Shown: positions 47,175 through 59,899, counted from the first letter of the stretch. The stretch: 64,000 nt of DNA from Candidatus Brocadiia bacterium (GCA_050015075.1 JBEKCB010000003.1:171214-235213), one strand, 5' to 3'. The notes: generated from the letters alone by a model not told the origin. A program made the numbers and translations.

Positions 47175-47219
47175 ATGCGAACGTCAAAAGAGACGCCGCG
47201 CCTATCCTGCTTGCGCCCA

Positions 47220-47630
47220 TTAGCATATCTCCCTTATGAATTCAGCAGGGGACAGAATGCGGATGGCTCGCCACCGGCCGAGGCTCAGCAGGTGCGCGTC
47301 TCCGGAAATGATCAGACTTGCCCCGGCTGCGCTGGCGCAGGCCAGGATCATGTTGTCGTCCGGATCGGCTGGAACGGCTCGGACTTTTTCGGCCGGGGTC
47401 ACGACCTGGCAGAGGTCGCGGAATTCCTCGACCAGCGCGACGGCTTGCGCCGGGGACAGGCCGAATTTCGGCCTCTGCAGGACGTCGCGCACTTCGTCGA
47501 GAATGGGGACCGGCGTGAAGCACTGCACGGCGCCGGCCAGCGCGCAGTCCAGCACGCGGGCCGGCGGACCGCCGAAGAGGAATGCCGAGATGACGACGTT
47601 CGAGTCCAGTACGACGCGCGGAGGAGTCAT
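47220..47630 (-). CDS. PIN-domain toxin
   Basis: RVVLDSNVVISA, ILDE..DVL.RPKF, DPDDNMILACA, IISGDAHLL. Confidence 0.9.
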   Translation of the reverse strand: MTPPRVVLDSNVVISAFLFGGPPARVLDCALAGAVQCFTPVPILDEVRDVLQRPKFGLSPAQAVALVEEFRDLCQVVTPAEKVRAVPADPDDNMILACASAAGASLIISGDAHLLSLGRWRAIRILSPAEFIREIC

Positions 47631-47878
47631 CCGCGCCGCGCCTTGCTCTTTCGGTGGGCTCTGATTTCGCTCGATACGTCCGCCGGCTTCAGCCCCTTCG
47701 CGCGCGCGATCTTCCGGCCCAGGGCGAAAATTCCCGCCCATCGCTCCTTGCGCTGGATGTAAGAGCGCGCGGCCTCGCGCAGCAACTCCGAGCGGCTCCG
47801 CGATTCGCGCCGGGCCATGCGGTCAATGCCGCGAAGGAGGCTGTCCTGAAACGATATGTTCACCGTTACATTGCTCAT
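47627..47878 (-). CDS. CopG/RHH antitoxin
   Basis: VNISFQDSLLRGIDRMARRESRSRSELLREAAR; ATGA overlap with the PIN gene. Confidence 0.88.
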   Translation of the reverse strand: MSNVTVNISFQDSLLRGIDRMARRESRSRSELLREAARSYIQRKERWAGIFALGRKIARAKGLKPADVSSEIRAHRKSKARRG

Positions 47879-48012
47879 GGTCCCGCCTCGCTTTCCGCAT
47901 CGATGATATAAAGTTTGTATATGCCCTGTCAATGGGGTATGGATCCGGCTCGACGGATTTTCCGCGCATGAAACGGATGACCGGCGATCCGCGCCGACCG
48001 GCCGGCCTCGTC

Positions 48013-48642
48013 TCACTTCGCCGGCGGTCCGCCGCATACCACGCCTGCGCGTTGAAGGCCCTGGATCAACTCGGCCGGCGTCGTGGATTGGAACGTCGTG
48101 AAGCCGAGCGCGCGCGCGGCCTGGACGTTCTCGGCGAGGTCGTCCACGAAGACCGTCTCGGCCGCGGTGGCGCCCATGCGGTCGAGCGCGGCACGGTAGG
48201 CGCGCGGGTCGGGCTTGCAGAAGCCGATCAGGTGCGACGCGATGAGCGCGTCGAACTGCCGCGCGAGATCCATCGCGATGAAGTAGTCCCAGTGGCCGAA
48301 GAACGTGTTCGAGAGAATGGCCAGCCCGTAATGCCCCTTGAGCGAGGCGATCAGCCCGGGCACTTCGGGAAAGACGACCGCGAGTTCCGGGCCGAACCAG
48401 CTCACGACGTCGGCGGGCGCGACGGAGGTCCCGAACCGGCGATTGATCTGCTCCACGAACTCCTGCGGCGAGAGTTTCCCCAGCGCGATCGCCTGGGCCA
48501 TGCCGCTTTCGTTGAACAGCGCGACCAGCCGCTCGGGCGTGCTGCCGAGCGCCGCCGCCGCGCGCCCGAGCCCGTCCGCGTGCAGCTCGATCAGCACGTT
48601 GCCCAGGTCGAAAAGGATCCACGTAATCTTCCGTGACGCCAT
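48013..48642 (-). CDS. HAD-family phosphatase (YihX-like)
   Basis: LFDLGNVL, ILSNT, KPDPRAY, FVDDLAENV. Confidence 0.92.
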   Translation of the reverse strand: MASRKITWILFDLGNVLIELHADGLGRAAAALGSTPERLVALFNESGMAQAIALGKLSPQEFVEQINRRFGTSVAPADVVSWFGPELAVVFPEVPGLIASLKGHYGLAILSNTFFGHWDYFIAMDLARQFDALIASHLIGFCKPDPRAYRAALDRMGATAAETVFVDDLAENVQAARALGFTTFQSTTPAELIQGLQRAGVVCGGPPAK

Positions 48643-48666
48643 TCGCTATTCCTTAGAGACGACATA

Positions 48667-48822
48667 ACCACCAAGGCACCAGGACACCAAGAACGCCAAC
48701 TCATATTGCAACCACGGAACACACGGAAAACACTGAAGCTGTTTAGGATAGTCATTCAGTGTGCTCCGTGTATTCCGTGGTGGAAGACGCTGTTTTTTTG
48801 TGCCTTGGTGTCTTTGCGCCTG
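48667..48822. repeat. Second, inverted copy of the nested element at 3561-3709
   Basis: See 3561-3709. Confidence 0.85.
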
Positions 48823-48838
48823 GCGGTAAGAGCGCGGC

Positions 48839-49636
48839 TCAAGACGCCGCCCCGAACGCCTCGGTGATCTTCGCCTCCAGCAGCGCCGCCAGCGCGGTTT
48901 TCTCGGGCGTTTTCTTGCCGAGGACGCCGAGCACGGCCGGGTCAATCGGCCCGGCGGCGGGGCGGCCGCAGAACTGGCGCAGCGTGGCGGCGACGACGCG
49001 CATTTGGGGTGCGATCGGGTTGAGCTTCAGGTTCCGCTCGGCGACCGCGAACGGCTCGTGCGGCTTCAGGTTGCCGTTGATGGCGCGCAGCACCAGCAGC
49101 AGGTTCTCCGGGAAGTTCCAGTTCGCCGGCTCGGTATGGTCAATCGCCTGCGCCAGCGACAGCTCCGCCGGCGCGCCGTCCACGGTGTCATGGATCACGG
49201 TGGCGAGCGTCGGCTCGCGGTATCCGGCGAAGTCCGCGTACTTCTCCGGATGCGTCACGATCGGGAAATACTCGGCGCCCGGGTACAGCCGCGACGCGGC
49301 CTTCAATTTCGCGACGAGCCGCTCGACCTGCCAGTGCTTGATCCGCGTCCGGTCCTCCAGCGCGCCGAGCAACTTCCAGCCCGCGTGGCGGCCGACGAAC
49401 AGCTTATCCATCCGGGCCGTGTTGCCGGAGAGCCACGCCTCGAGGACCAGGATCGCGTTCTCCCACATCCACGTCGCCGGGTGCAGCTTTTCCGTCTCGC
49501 GGCCCCGGTATCCCTTGGTCGTCTGCCCCTCGCCGATGGCCTGCACGATCAGCTCCACGTGCCGCTGCGCCTTGTGATGGCAGAGCCTCAGAGCCGTGAT
49601 CAGGCCGCGTATCTCTTCCGCGTCTTCCTTCTGCAT
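48839..49636 (-). CDS. Hypothetical protein
   Basis: 265-aa ORF with host-like codon usage and RBS aggag; no family recognised. Confidence 0.75.
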   Translation of the reverse strand: MQKEDAEEIRGLITALRLCHHKAQRHVELIVQAIGEGQTTKGYRGRETEKLHPATWMWENAILVLEAWLSGNTARMDKLFVGRHAGWKLLGALEDRTRIKHWQVERLVAKLKAASRLYPGAEYFPIVTHPEKYADFAGYREPTLATVIHDTVDGAPAELSLAQAIDHTEPANWNFPENLLLVLRAINGNLKPHEPFAVAERNLKLNPIAPQMRVVAATLRQFCGRPAAGPIDPAVLGVLGKKTPEKTALAALLEAKITEAFGAAS

Positions 49637-49908
49637 CGGTCCATCGCTCCTGAAACCGGGATTCCCTGAATTCTAGCGCATTGCCGCGCCCAGTCAAGGC
49701 CATTGGCGCAATTTGCGGACCCGGGGCGCCGTTCCGGTTGATTTCCCCAGTGGACTGCTCTATCCTTTCTCGGCGCGGCGGCTGAGTCCGCAGACTTTGA
49801 ACTGACCTGCAAGGAGGTCAGGAACATATCACAAATTGTGATAAGTCCAGGCCTCAAGCACGCCCCGAGAATGACGGCATTTACCCAGCTTGGACAAGGG
49901 AACGCAAG

Positions 49909-51852
49909 ATGAAGCCCGAACCGCCCGTTCTCATCCCGCGCAAGCTGATCTTCGGAAACCCGGAGCGCACGGCCGTCACGATCAGCCCCGATGGCGCGAA
50001 GCTGGCGTTCCTCGCGCCGGTCGAAGGCGTGCTGAACGTCTGGATCGCTCCCGCGGCCGCGCCGGAGAAGGCCGCGCCGGTTACGAACGACCGCCGCCGC
50101 GGCATCCGCAACTATCACTGGGCGCACACGAACGCCCACGTGCTCTACATCCAGGACAAGGACGGCGACGAGAACTGGCACGTGTACGCGACCGACCTGC
50201 GGACGAAGGAGACGCGCGACCTGACGCCGTTCCCGGCGACGCAGGCCCGCGTCCAGCACGTGGGCCGCCGCTTCCCGCAGGAGATTCTCGTCGCGCTCAA
50301 CAACCGCGACCCGAAATTCCACGATGTTCACCGCGTGAACATCCTCACCGGCGCGATCCGGCTTCTCCAGAAGAACACCGAGTTCGCCGAGTTCGTCACC
50401 GATGAGCAGTTCGAGGTCCGCCTGGGCCTGCGCCAGACCCCCGACGGCGGATGGGAATTTCTCAAGCGCGCGGGCGAGGAGCGATGGGAACTCCTCGTCA
50501 AGTTCGGCCTGGAGGACGCCGCGAGCACCACCACGGTCGGCTTCGACGACACCGGCCGCACGCTCTATATGACCGACTGCCGCGACCGCGACACCGCCGC
50601 GCTCTTCGCGTGGGACTTGAGCAGCGGCCGGCGCGAACTCCTCGCCGAGGACCCGCGCGCCGACTCCGGCGAGTTCCTCCAGCACCCGGTCACCCAGGCC
50701 GTCCAGGCGGTCTCCTTCGACTACGAGCGCATGGCGTGGAAGGTGCTCGACCCGGAGATCGCGCCGGACTTCGAGGCCCTCCGCGCCGTCAGCGAGGGAG
50801 ATTTCCGCGTCGTCAGCCGCTCACTGGACGATTCCACGTGGATCGTCGCCTACACGAACGACATCGGCCCCATGCGCTATTACCGCTACGACCGCACGTC
50901 GCGCCGCGCCGAGTTCCTCTTCAGCAACCGCCCCGCGCTCGAAGGGCAACCGCTCGCGAAGATGCGCCCGCGGGTCATCCGCTCGCGCGACGGCCTCGAC
51001 ATGGTCAGCTATCTCACGCTGCCCCTCGCCGCCGGCGACGCGCCGAAGGAGCCGCTGCCGATGGTGCTCTACGTCCACGGCGGACCGTGGGGCCGCGACA
51101 GTTGGGGATTTCACAGCATCCACCAGTGGCTCGCGAACCGCGGCTACGCGGCGCTCAGCGTCAACTTCCGCGGCTCGCTGGGGTTCGGCAAGAAGTTCGT
51201 CAACGCCGGCAACCTCGAATGGGGCCGCAAGATGCACGACGACCTGCTCGACGCGGTGGATTGGGCCATTGAGAAGCGGATCGCCGATCCGGCGCGCGTC
51301 GCGATCATGGGCGGCAGCTATGGAGGCTACGCGACGCTCGTCGGGCTGGCCTTCACGCCGGAGAAGTTCGTCTGCGGCGTGGACATCGTCGGGCCGTCGA
51401 ACCTGCTGACGCTCCTCAACTCGATCCCGCCGTACTGGCAGCCGATCGTCGAACTCTTCGCCAAGCGCACCGGCGATCACCGGACCGAGGACGGCCGCCG
51501 CCTGCTCAACGAACGGTCGCCGCTGACCCGCGCGGACCGCATCCGCCGGCCGCTGCTCATCGCCCAGGGCGCGAACGACCCGCGCGTGAAACAGGCCGAG
51601 TCCGACCAGATCGTCGCCGCGATGATGGCCGGGAATATCCCGGTCACGTACCTGCTCTATCCCGACGAGGGCCACGGCTTCGGCCGCCCGGAGAATTGGC
51701 TCTCGTTCACCGCCGCGTCGGAAGCCTTCCTCGCCGCGCACCTCGGCGGCCGCGTCGAGCCGGTCGGCGACGATTTCAGGAACTCGTCCATCACCTGCCG
51801 CGCCGGCTGCGACCAGGTCGCCGGCCTGGCCGGCGCGCTGGAGAAGAAGTGA
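49909..51852 (+). CDS. S9 family peptidase (prolyl oligopeptidase / acylaminoacyl peptidase)
   Basis: VHGGPW, GGSYGG nucleophile motif, [16 protein letters not shown]. Confidence 0.95.
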   Translation: MKPEPPVLIPRKLIFGNPERTAVTISPDGAKLAFLAPVEGVLNVWIAPAAAPEKAAPVTNDRRRGIRNYHWAHTNAHVLYIQDKDGDENWHVYATDLRTKETRDLTPFPATQARVQHVGRRFPQEILVALNNRDPKFHDVHRVNILTGAIRLLQKNTEFAEFVTDEQFEVRLGLRQTPDGGWEFLKRAGEERWELLVKFGLEDAASTTTVGFDDTGRTLYMTDCRDRDTAALFAWDLSSGRRELLAEDPRADSGEFLQHPVTQAVQAVSFDYERMAWKVLDPEIAPDFEALRAVSEGDFRVVSRSLDDSTWIVAYTNDIGPMRYYRYDRTSRRAEFLFSNRPALEGQPLAKMRPRVIRSRDGLDMVSYLTLPLAAGDAPKEPLPMVLYVHGGPWGRDSWGFHSIHQWLANRGYAALSVNFRGSLGFGKKFVNAGNLEWGRKMHDDLLDAVDWAIEKRIADPARVAIMGGSYGGYATLVGLAFTPEKFVCGVDIVGPSNLLTLLNSIPPYWQPIVELFAKRTGDHRTEDGRRLLNERSPLTRADRIRRPLLIAQGANDPRVKQAESDQIVAAMMAGNIPVTYLLYPDEGHGFGRPENWLSFTAASEAFLAAHLGGRVEPVGDDFRNSSITCRAGCDQVAGLAGALEKK

Positions 51853-52304
51853 TCCGCATCTACGTGGATGCCGACGGCTGCCCCGTGAAGCAGGAAATCT
51901 GCAAGGTGGCCGCGCGCTGCGGCGTCGAGGCCGTCTTCGTCGCGAACACCTGGATGCGGATCGGCGAGGGCGCCGGGGCCAAGATGGTCGTCGTGGACGG
52001 CGACTTCAACGCCGCGGATGACTGGATCGCCGGGCAGGCCGTCGCGAACGACATCGTCATCACCGCGGACATCCCGTTGGCCGCGCGCTGCCTGGCGAAA
52101 GGCGCCGTCGTCCTCGACCCGCGCGGCGGCGCGTTCAGCGAGAACACCATCGGCCAGGCGCTCGCCACGCGGGAGCTGATGTCGCACCTGCGCGACCAGG
52201 GCCAGGTCGGCGGCGGTCCCGCGCCCTTCGAGAAGCGCCACCGCTCCCGCTTCCTCCAGCGCCTCGACGAGACCATCCAGTCCGCGCTCCGGAAGAAGCC
52301 GTGA
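51849..52304 (+). CDS. YaiI/YqxD family protein
   Basis: IYVDADGCPVK, AADDWI, VITADIPLA, GGGPAPF. Confidence 0.92.
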   Translation: MIRIYVDADGCPVKQEICKVAARCGVEAVFVANTWMRIGEGAGAKMVVVDGDFNAADDWIAGQAVANDIVITADIPLAARCLAKGAVVLDPRGGAFSENTIGQALATRELMSHLRDQGQVGGGPAPFEKRHRSRFLQRLDETIQSALRKKP

Positions 52305-52375
52305 ACCGCAGCGCTCGCCGGATCGTTAGCCTTCTGGTATGATGCCGCCGCTGGGATTTGTTCTCGACGGCGGCC

Positions 52376-53314
52376 ATGGGACACCGGGAGAGCGCAGTGG
52401 GCGCGAACGGCGCGAGCGCGATCGTTCTCGACCGCGTGAGCAAGAGCTTCGACGGCGTGCGCGCGGTGCGGGCGCTGAGCGCGCAGGTGCCGCGCGGGAC
52501 CATCTACGGATTCCTCGGGCCGAACGGCGCGGGGAAGACGACCACCATCCGGATGATCATGGACATCCTCCGGCCCGACGGCGGGCGGATCGAGGTGCTC
52601 GGCGCGGCGTCGGCGCGTCAGGCGAAGGACCGCGTCGGCTACATGCCCGAGGAGCGCGGGCTTTATCCGCGCATGAAAGTGCGCAACATCCTGGCGTTCT
52701 TCGCCGCGCTCAAGGGCGTGCCGAAAACGAAAATCCCCGGCCGCATCGAGGGCTGGCTGAAGGCGATGGACCTCTCCGGCTGGCAGCACAAGGAGGTGCG
52801 CGCGCTCTCGCGCGGAATGCAGCGCCGCCTGGAGTTCGTCGTCGCGGTTATCGGCAATCCCGAGTTGATCGTGATGGACGAGCCGTTCGCCGGGCTCGAC
52901 CCGGTCAACCTCGACCTGGTAAAAGATACGATCCTCCGCATGCGCGCCGCCGGCAAGACGATCATCCTCTCGACGCACATCATGGAGCAGGCCGAGACGC
53001 TCTGTGACCGCATCCTGCTGATCAACCGCGGCGAGAAGGTGCTCGACGGTTCCCTCGGCGAAATCCGCGCGCCGTACGGGTCCGACGCGGTTGTCGTCGA
53101 ACTCGACGGCGACAGCCGCTTCATCGAGTCGCTGCCGATGGTGCGCGGCGTGACGCGCTCGGAGCGGAAAATCACCGTCGAGCTGCGCGAGAAGGGGCGC
53201 GACCAGGAACTGCTCGCCGCGCTCGTCGGCAGGGTCCGCGTGCGCGCGTTCGAGATCAAGACGCCTTCGCTCCACGAAATCTTCGTCCGCGTCGTGAGGG
53301 GGCGCCATGAATAA
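52376..53314 (+). CDS. ABC transporter ATP-binding protein
   Basis: GPNGAGKTT, LSRGM, VMDEP, LSTH. Confidence 0.93.
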   Translation: MGHRESAVGANGASAIVLDRVSKSFDGVRAVRALSAQVPRGTIYGFLGPNGAGKTTTIRMIMDILRPDGGRIEVLGAASARQAKDRVGYMPEERGLYPRMKVRNILAFFAALKGVPKTKIPGRIEGWLKAMDLSGWQHKEVRALSRGMQRRLEFVVAVIGNPELIVMDEPFAGLDPVNLDLVKDTILRMRAAGKTIILSTHIMEQAETLCDRILLINRGEKVLDGSLGEIRAPYGSDAVVVELDGDSRFIESLPMVRGVTRSERKITVELREKGRDQELLAALVGRVRVRAFEIKTPSLHEIFVRVVRGRHE

Positions 53315-54134
53315 AATGCTCGTCATCGCGCGCCGCGAGTACCTCGAGGTGCTCCGCACCAAGATGTTCTGGCTGGGCGTGCTGCTGCCGCCGATCCTCC
53401 TCCTGATCGGCGCCATGCTCTGTCGCGGGAAGCACATCGTTCCGACTCCGGAGGTCCTGACCATCATCGGCGGGTTCGCGTACCTGATCGTCATGTTCAT
53501 GTCCGTGACGACCGTCTCTCAACTGCTGGTCATGAGCCTGATCGAGGAGAAATCCTCCCGCGTGGTCGAAGTGCTCCTCTCCGCGGTGAGCCCGTTCGAG
53601 CTGATGGCGGGCAAAATCCTGGGGCTGGTCGCCGTGGGCCTGACGAACGCCGCGGTCTTCGTCGCCGCGCTGGCCGTGTTCGCCGGCAGCACGGGGCTTT
53701 TGAAGGCGCCGGGCGTCACGCTGCTGACGCTCTTCCTGGCGTACTACCTGCTGGGCTTCGTGATGTACGCCTGCGTCTTCGCGAGCGTCGGCGCCGCTTG
53801 CAACACGCTCAAGGACGCGCAGGCGGTGATGATGCCGCTGACGCTGGCCATGATCCTGCCGCTCATGCTGGCGATGAACGTCGCGCAGCATCCGGACGGC
53901 TTCTGGGCCGTGGCGCTCTCGATCTTCCCGCCGACGGCGCCGATGTTCATGATCCTGCGGATCGTCGTCCTGCCGGCGCCTCCATGGCTGGAAATCGTCA
54001 TCTCGCTGGCGCTGCTCGCGGCCGCGGCGCCGTGCATGGTCTGGGCGGCGGCGAAGATTTTCCGGACCGGCGTGCTGCTCTACGGCAAGGCGCCGAAACT
54101 CGGCGAACTCCTTCGCTGGGTGCGCAGTTCGTAG
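53307..54134 (+). CDS. ABC-2 type permease
   Basis: IARREY, EEKSSRVVEVLLS, LMAGKILG, AAKIFRTGVLLYGK. Confidence 0.92.
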   Translation: MNKMLVIARREYLEVLRTKMFWLGVLLPPILLLIGAMLCRGKHIVPTPEVLTIIGGFAYLIVMFMSVTTVSQLLVMSLIEEKSSRVVEVLLSAVSPFELMAGKILGLVAVGLTNAAVFVAALAVFAGSTGLLKAPGVTLLTLFLAYYLLGFVMYACVFASVGAACNTLKDAQAVMMPLTLAMILPLMLAMNVAQHPDGFWAVALSIFPPTAPMFMILRIVVLPAPPWLEIVISLALLAAAAPCMVWAAAKIFRTGVLLYGKAPKLGELLRWVRSS

Positions 54135-54136
54135 CG

Positions 54137-54193
54137 GCTCGTAGTGTGCCCGTCAGGGCATACGACGCAGCGCCTTACGGCGCCACTACAAGC
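54137..54193 (+). repeat. REP doublet, copy 5
   Basis: Near-identical to 8032-8088. Confidence 0.9.
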
Positions 54194-54234
54194 CGGGCGC
54201 AATCCCATCTATCAGCTTTTTTCTGCTTTCCCGC

Positions 54235-54264
54235 TTGACAGCGACATAATTATTCTGTTATAAT
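54235..54264 (+). promoter_or_regulatory. Near-consensus sigma70 promoter
   Basis: TTGACA-18 nt-TATAAT with TG extension, between two REP doublets. Confidence 0.65.
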
Positions 54265-54318
54265 AACCGCATATCGTGTTTCAGAAGCAACGCGCATAAG
54301 TCCGGGCCGCGTCACTCT

Positions 54319-54374
54319 GCTCGTAGTGTGCCCGTCAGGGCATACGAATAGCGCCTGACGGCGCCACTACAAGC
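54319..54374 (+). repeat. REP doublet, copy 6
   Basis: Near-identical to 8032-8088. Confidence 0.9.
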
Positions 54375-54402
54375 GGCTTCATGTCCCGGGAGGTGGAGAA
54401 AA

Positions 54403-54891
54403 ATGAGACCGAGGCCGGCGAAGGAACGGGCGATGGCGGAGTTGCTGTTTATCACCGAGGGAAAATCCGGCCGGGAGATCGCCGGCCTCCTCGGCGCGGG
54501 CAAGGAAACCGTCCAGCGCTGGGCGCGCGAGGGGCAATGGATGGAGCGGCGCCGCCTGCGCCGGCAGGATTCACCCCTGGCCGCGCTCGAACGCCTCCGC
54601 CGCGAGCGCGACCGCCTCATCGGCACGCTCGCCGGAGAAAAGACGCCCACGGGTGAAAATAAGCTCCCCGCGCCGGAAGTGGCCGCCGAGACGATCGGCA
54701 TGATCCAGAAACTCACGCAGACCATCGAGAAGATGGAATCGCAGCGCCCGGACGGCGGCCTTGGCGCGATGCTCAACGTGGTAGAGCGCCTGGCGACGTT
54801 CACCGCCGCTAACTCCAGCCCGGAGGAGGCCCTGACCCTCCACAACGTCATCGAAAAGTTCCTCGACGAAGAACGCCGAAAGAGCCTCTGA
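54403..54891 (+). CDS. HTH protein resembling Mu-like small terminase / terminase gpP N-terminal domain
   Basis: AELLFITEGKSGREIAGLLGAGKETVQRWAREGQW followed by helical segments. Confidence 0.65.
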   Translation: MRPRPAKERAMAELLFITEGKSGREIAGLLGAGKETVQRWAREGQWMERRRLRRQDSPLAALERLRRERDRLIGTLAGEKTPTGENKLPAPEVAAETIGMIQKLTQTIEKMESQRPDGGLGAMLNVVERLATFTAANSSPEEALTLHNVIEKFLDEERRKSL

Positions 54892-54901
54892 ACCAACGGC
54901 T

Positions 54902-55330
54902 TTGACGGGATTACAGGATCCTGGCGCGGCCGCCGGCGGCAGCCAAATTCGCCTGGTGCGTGGCCAGCGCGTGATGCTGGACAGCGACCTGGCAAAACTC
55001 TACGGCGTAAGCACCAGCAGACTGAACGAGCAGGTCAAGAGAAACGCCGCCAGGTTCCCCTCTGACTTCGTTTTTAAGCGTACGCCACATGAGGTTATGA
55101 CTTTGATATCGCAAATTGCGATATCAAAGACGCGCGGCGGGCGCCGCAAGTTGCCCTGGGCCTTCACCGAGCACGGCGCGATCATGGCTGCCAACGTCCT
55201 CAAGCGGGCCATGCGAGACTGTGCGCATCACGTGACGCAACGGCGGCTGGTACCGCCCAGCAGACGCCGCCGGCGCAAAGAGCGCACCTGCGCTCCAGCA
55301 GGAGGGAATAACTGGTATCCTCTGCCATAG
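54902..55330 (+). pseudogene. ORF6N-domain DNA-binding protein, apparently truncated
   Basis: IRLVRGQRVMLDSDLAKLYGV..LNEQVKRN..RFPSDF..GGRRKLPWAFTEHGAIMAANVL, then an unrelated tail; no good start codon or RBS. Confidence 0.7.
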
Positions 55331-55414
55331 AGCTACCCTCACTCGTCAGTCTTTGGCTGTGACCTGTGGAGCTTTCACATCGCCCCAGGTCAAATGCTCG
55401 GCCGCCTCAACCGT

Positions 55415-56530
55415 CTAGCTCACTGGAAGTGAGGAACTCACCTTTTTCAGCATATCCCGAAGATTTGAGTACTTCATCTCCCGCAGATGATGTAACCGCC
55501 CAACGACAATCCCGGGGTGAACACCTGCTTGTGAAGCAAACCGGACGATGCTATCGCGCGAGTAATATGGCTTAGTACTGCGAATGAAGGTGCACAGCAT
55601 GTCACACGGCACCAACCACTTACTGGCGAGCATGTCTGCTTTCTTCTCATACTCTGGCCTTGCTTTAGGGTCCTGTTGGATCTCACTGATTAGATCGATA
55701 TCCAAGACACCTTCTTTCGCAGAACCTTGACACACATGCGCCAGTTCATGCATCAAGGTAAACCAGAAACTGTCAATCCTGTCATACCGAAGCGATATAG
55801 CCACAACGGGGGCATCCGCACGTAGCCAGAACATCGCACCGTCTATGTGGGTATTGGGCAAGCGAGGAACCACTACCACCCTTACGCCCGCCTTCGCCAA
55901 TTGTGCTATTGCTTCTCGCCCCCCTCCATCTTCCCGCACAGAAAGTCTAGTCAAGGTGGGAAGAAGAGCCTCGAACCGCTGAGGGTTGAACCTACACACT
56001 TTAATCTCCGACGCCACATGTTTTGCTCGGAATGCCCAAGCAATTTGCGTCGAGGACAGTTCACCATACCCATCTCCGCGCCTGGCAACTAAAGCAAGCT
56101 TCGGCTGTTCCGTAACAGAGCTAATCTCAAGAAAGCGGCAAACCTCCGCCTCCAATTCGTCAAGGTTGCTCGCGGCTTTGATCCATCCTCTCTCTTGGAG
56201 TTCCTTGATCGGTGCAAGAGAATAGATACGCGCTCGTCGCCCGATCTCTGTGTCGGCTTGCTTCGCCCTCGCCTTCGATAAGCGATATGTGTTCTCGAGA
56301 TTCAGCCAAAGTTCAGCAGAAGTACCAAAAGCTTCTCCCAACGCAAGAGCAGTCTCAGGGGTGATTTCTTTCTTTCCGTTTATGATCTCGTTGATGCTCT
56401 GCAATGGCCGTCTCAGGATTTTGCAGAGATCTCCCTGCGTCCAGCCGCGGGCCGCCAATTCCTCACGGATAAACTCTCCCGGCGCGTAGACCTCCGCCAC
56501 GCTTCTCGTGGTTTCCCTGGCCATTCTCAT
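55415..56530 (-). CDS. higA: HigA antitoxin (Xre HTH) fused to an ImmA/IrrE-type HExxH domain
   Basis: PGEFIREEL..INEIINGKKEITPETA..FGTSAELWLNL; SLRYDRIDSFWFTLMHELAH. Confidence 0.9.
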   Translation of the reverse strand: MRMARETTRSVAEVYAPGEFIREELAARGWTQGDLCKILRRPLQSINEIINGKKEITPETALALGEAFGTSAELWLNLENTYRLSKARAKQADTEIGRRARIYSLAPIKELQERGWIKAASNLDELEAEVCRFLEISSVTEQPKLALVARRGDGYGELSSTQIAWAFRAKHVASEIKVCRFNPQRFEALLPTLTRLSVREDGGGREAIAQLAKAGVRVVVVPRLPNTHIDGAMFWLRADAPVVAISLRYDRIDSFWFTLMHELAHVCQGSAKEGVLDIDLISEIQQDPKARPEYEKKADMLASKWLVPCDMLCTFIRSTKPYYSRDSIVRFASQAGVHPGIVVGRLHHLREMKYSNLRDMLKKVSSSLPVS

Positions 56531-56549
56531 TTCTCCTTCACTGCCCGCT

Positions 56550-56846
56550 CTAGTGGTAGTCCTCTATCGCAACGACTACCACTTGCGGGCCGGTCATGTT
56601 CTTCTCGAACTCCAGGACCAGCCGCCACTGGTCATTTAGCCGCATAGATCGTTGATGCTGGCGCTTTCCTTTCAGTTTCTCGTAGTGCAACGATTTCCAA
56701 ACTCGCAAATCCTGTTCGCTCTTCGCCGACCGAATGTACTGCATCCGTTTGCGGAATGCGGTAACCGCCGACTCGGGATAACCACCCGTGTACGTCGCAT
56801 CGGCTTCGACACGCTTCAATTCCGCCGAGGCGTGCCTGACATTCAC
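56550..56846 (-). CDS. higB: HigB/RelE-family toxin
   Basis: SLHYEKLKGKRQHQRSMRLNDQWRL..IEDYH; toxin upstream of antitoxin. Confidence 0.92.
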   Translation of the reverse strand: MNVRHASAELKRVEADATYTGGYPESAVTAFRKRMQYIRSAKSEQDLRVWKSLHYEKLKGKRQHQRSMRLNDQWRLVLEFEKNMTGPQVVVVAIEDYH

Positions 56847-57044
56847 GGAAGCGCTCTCAATATCATCGTATTGTCCTTTCGATTATATGGCTATCGGCCT
56901 TTCACTGATAATCATATACTGAACATGGCGCCTTGTCAAGTCGAGGGCGCTATATTTTCAGGCAGGGGAAACAGGGACAGGGCCCGTTTCGTGGCTGTAA
57001 ATGCAGTCTGTCGCGGGTTAGTTGCGGTTAAGGCGCGAACGGCG

Positions 57045-59138
<2,094 letters not shown>

Positions 59139-59395
59139 CGCAAAGCTCCGGCGATAAGGGGACTCCGGCTCGTCGTGAGCCGCAGGGACGAACGACGACA
59201 ATGCGAAAACGCTATAGACGTAACTGCATTACGGACAGGGAGTTACGACGTTCAGCGATGGGATTGTCTGACGGTGCGAAAACCGGGTCGAGCAACCACA
59301 CGCCACCCTATGCGCTTCCATGATACCACGGCGAGGTGGGGAAATGCAAACGAGTCCGCAGTCCGTCGGTCACGAAGCACAAACCCTCGCAGGGT

Positions 59396-59899
59396 TTACG
59401 TCGTTCCCCAGTACGCCGCCAGCTTGTCGTTCCGCGCGATCGGCCAGTCGGCCGAGCGGCACCAGCGGCCGAGGTACTCCTCGACCGATTTCGCGGCGGC
59501 CCAGCCCGCGAACTCGTCGGCCGCGATCGCTGCCTCGGCGAAACAGGCGAACTCCATGTAACCGTCGGCGCGCGCCAGGTCGAGCGGTTTCAGGTCCTTC
59601 GTGCTCCAGCAGCGGACATTGCAGTTCGTCTCGGCTTCCGGCCCGAACCGGAAGACCTTCGTGACGTGCGGGAACGCCATGACGAAGCCGATCCCTTCGG
59701 CCGTCTCGACCTTGCCGAGCCCCTTGAGGAAATCCGCCTTCGCCAGCCCGCACTGCGCCCAGACCGTCCGCGCCGGCTCCTTGCGGCCGACGATGTCGCA
59801 GAAGTACACCTTGAACGCGCTCTTCCCGTCCGCCCCGCGATACAATTCGCGGCTGCTCAGGACGGCGTGGTACGTATTGCACGGCTTGATCGGCTGCAT
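59396..59899 (-). CDS. Hypothetical protein
   Basis: 167-aa ORF with strong GC3 bias and RBS gaggagg. Confidence 0.75.
   Translation of the reverse strand: MQPIKPCNTYHAVLSSRELYRGADGKSAFKVYFCDIVGRKEPARTVWAQCGLAKADFLKGLGKVETAEGIGFVMAFPHVTKVFRFGPEAETNCNVRCWSTKDLKPLDLARADGYMEFACFAEAAIAADEFAGWAAAKSVEEYLGRWCRSADWPIARNDKLAAYWGTT

Noticed and set aside
8032-54374. The 57-bp repeats as a CRISPR array
   Set aside because: Dispersed, in both orientations, with no regular spacers and no cas genes.
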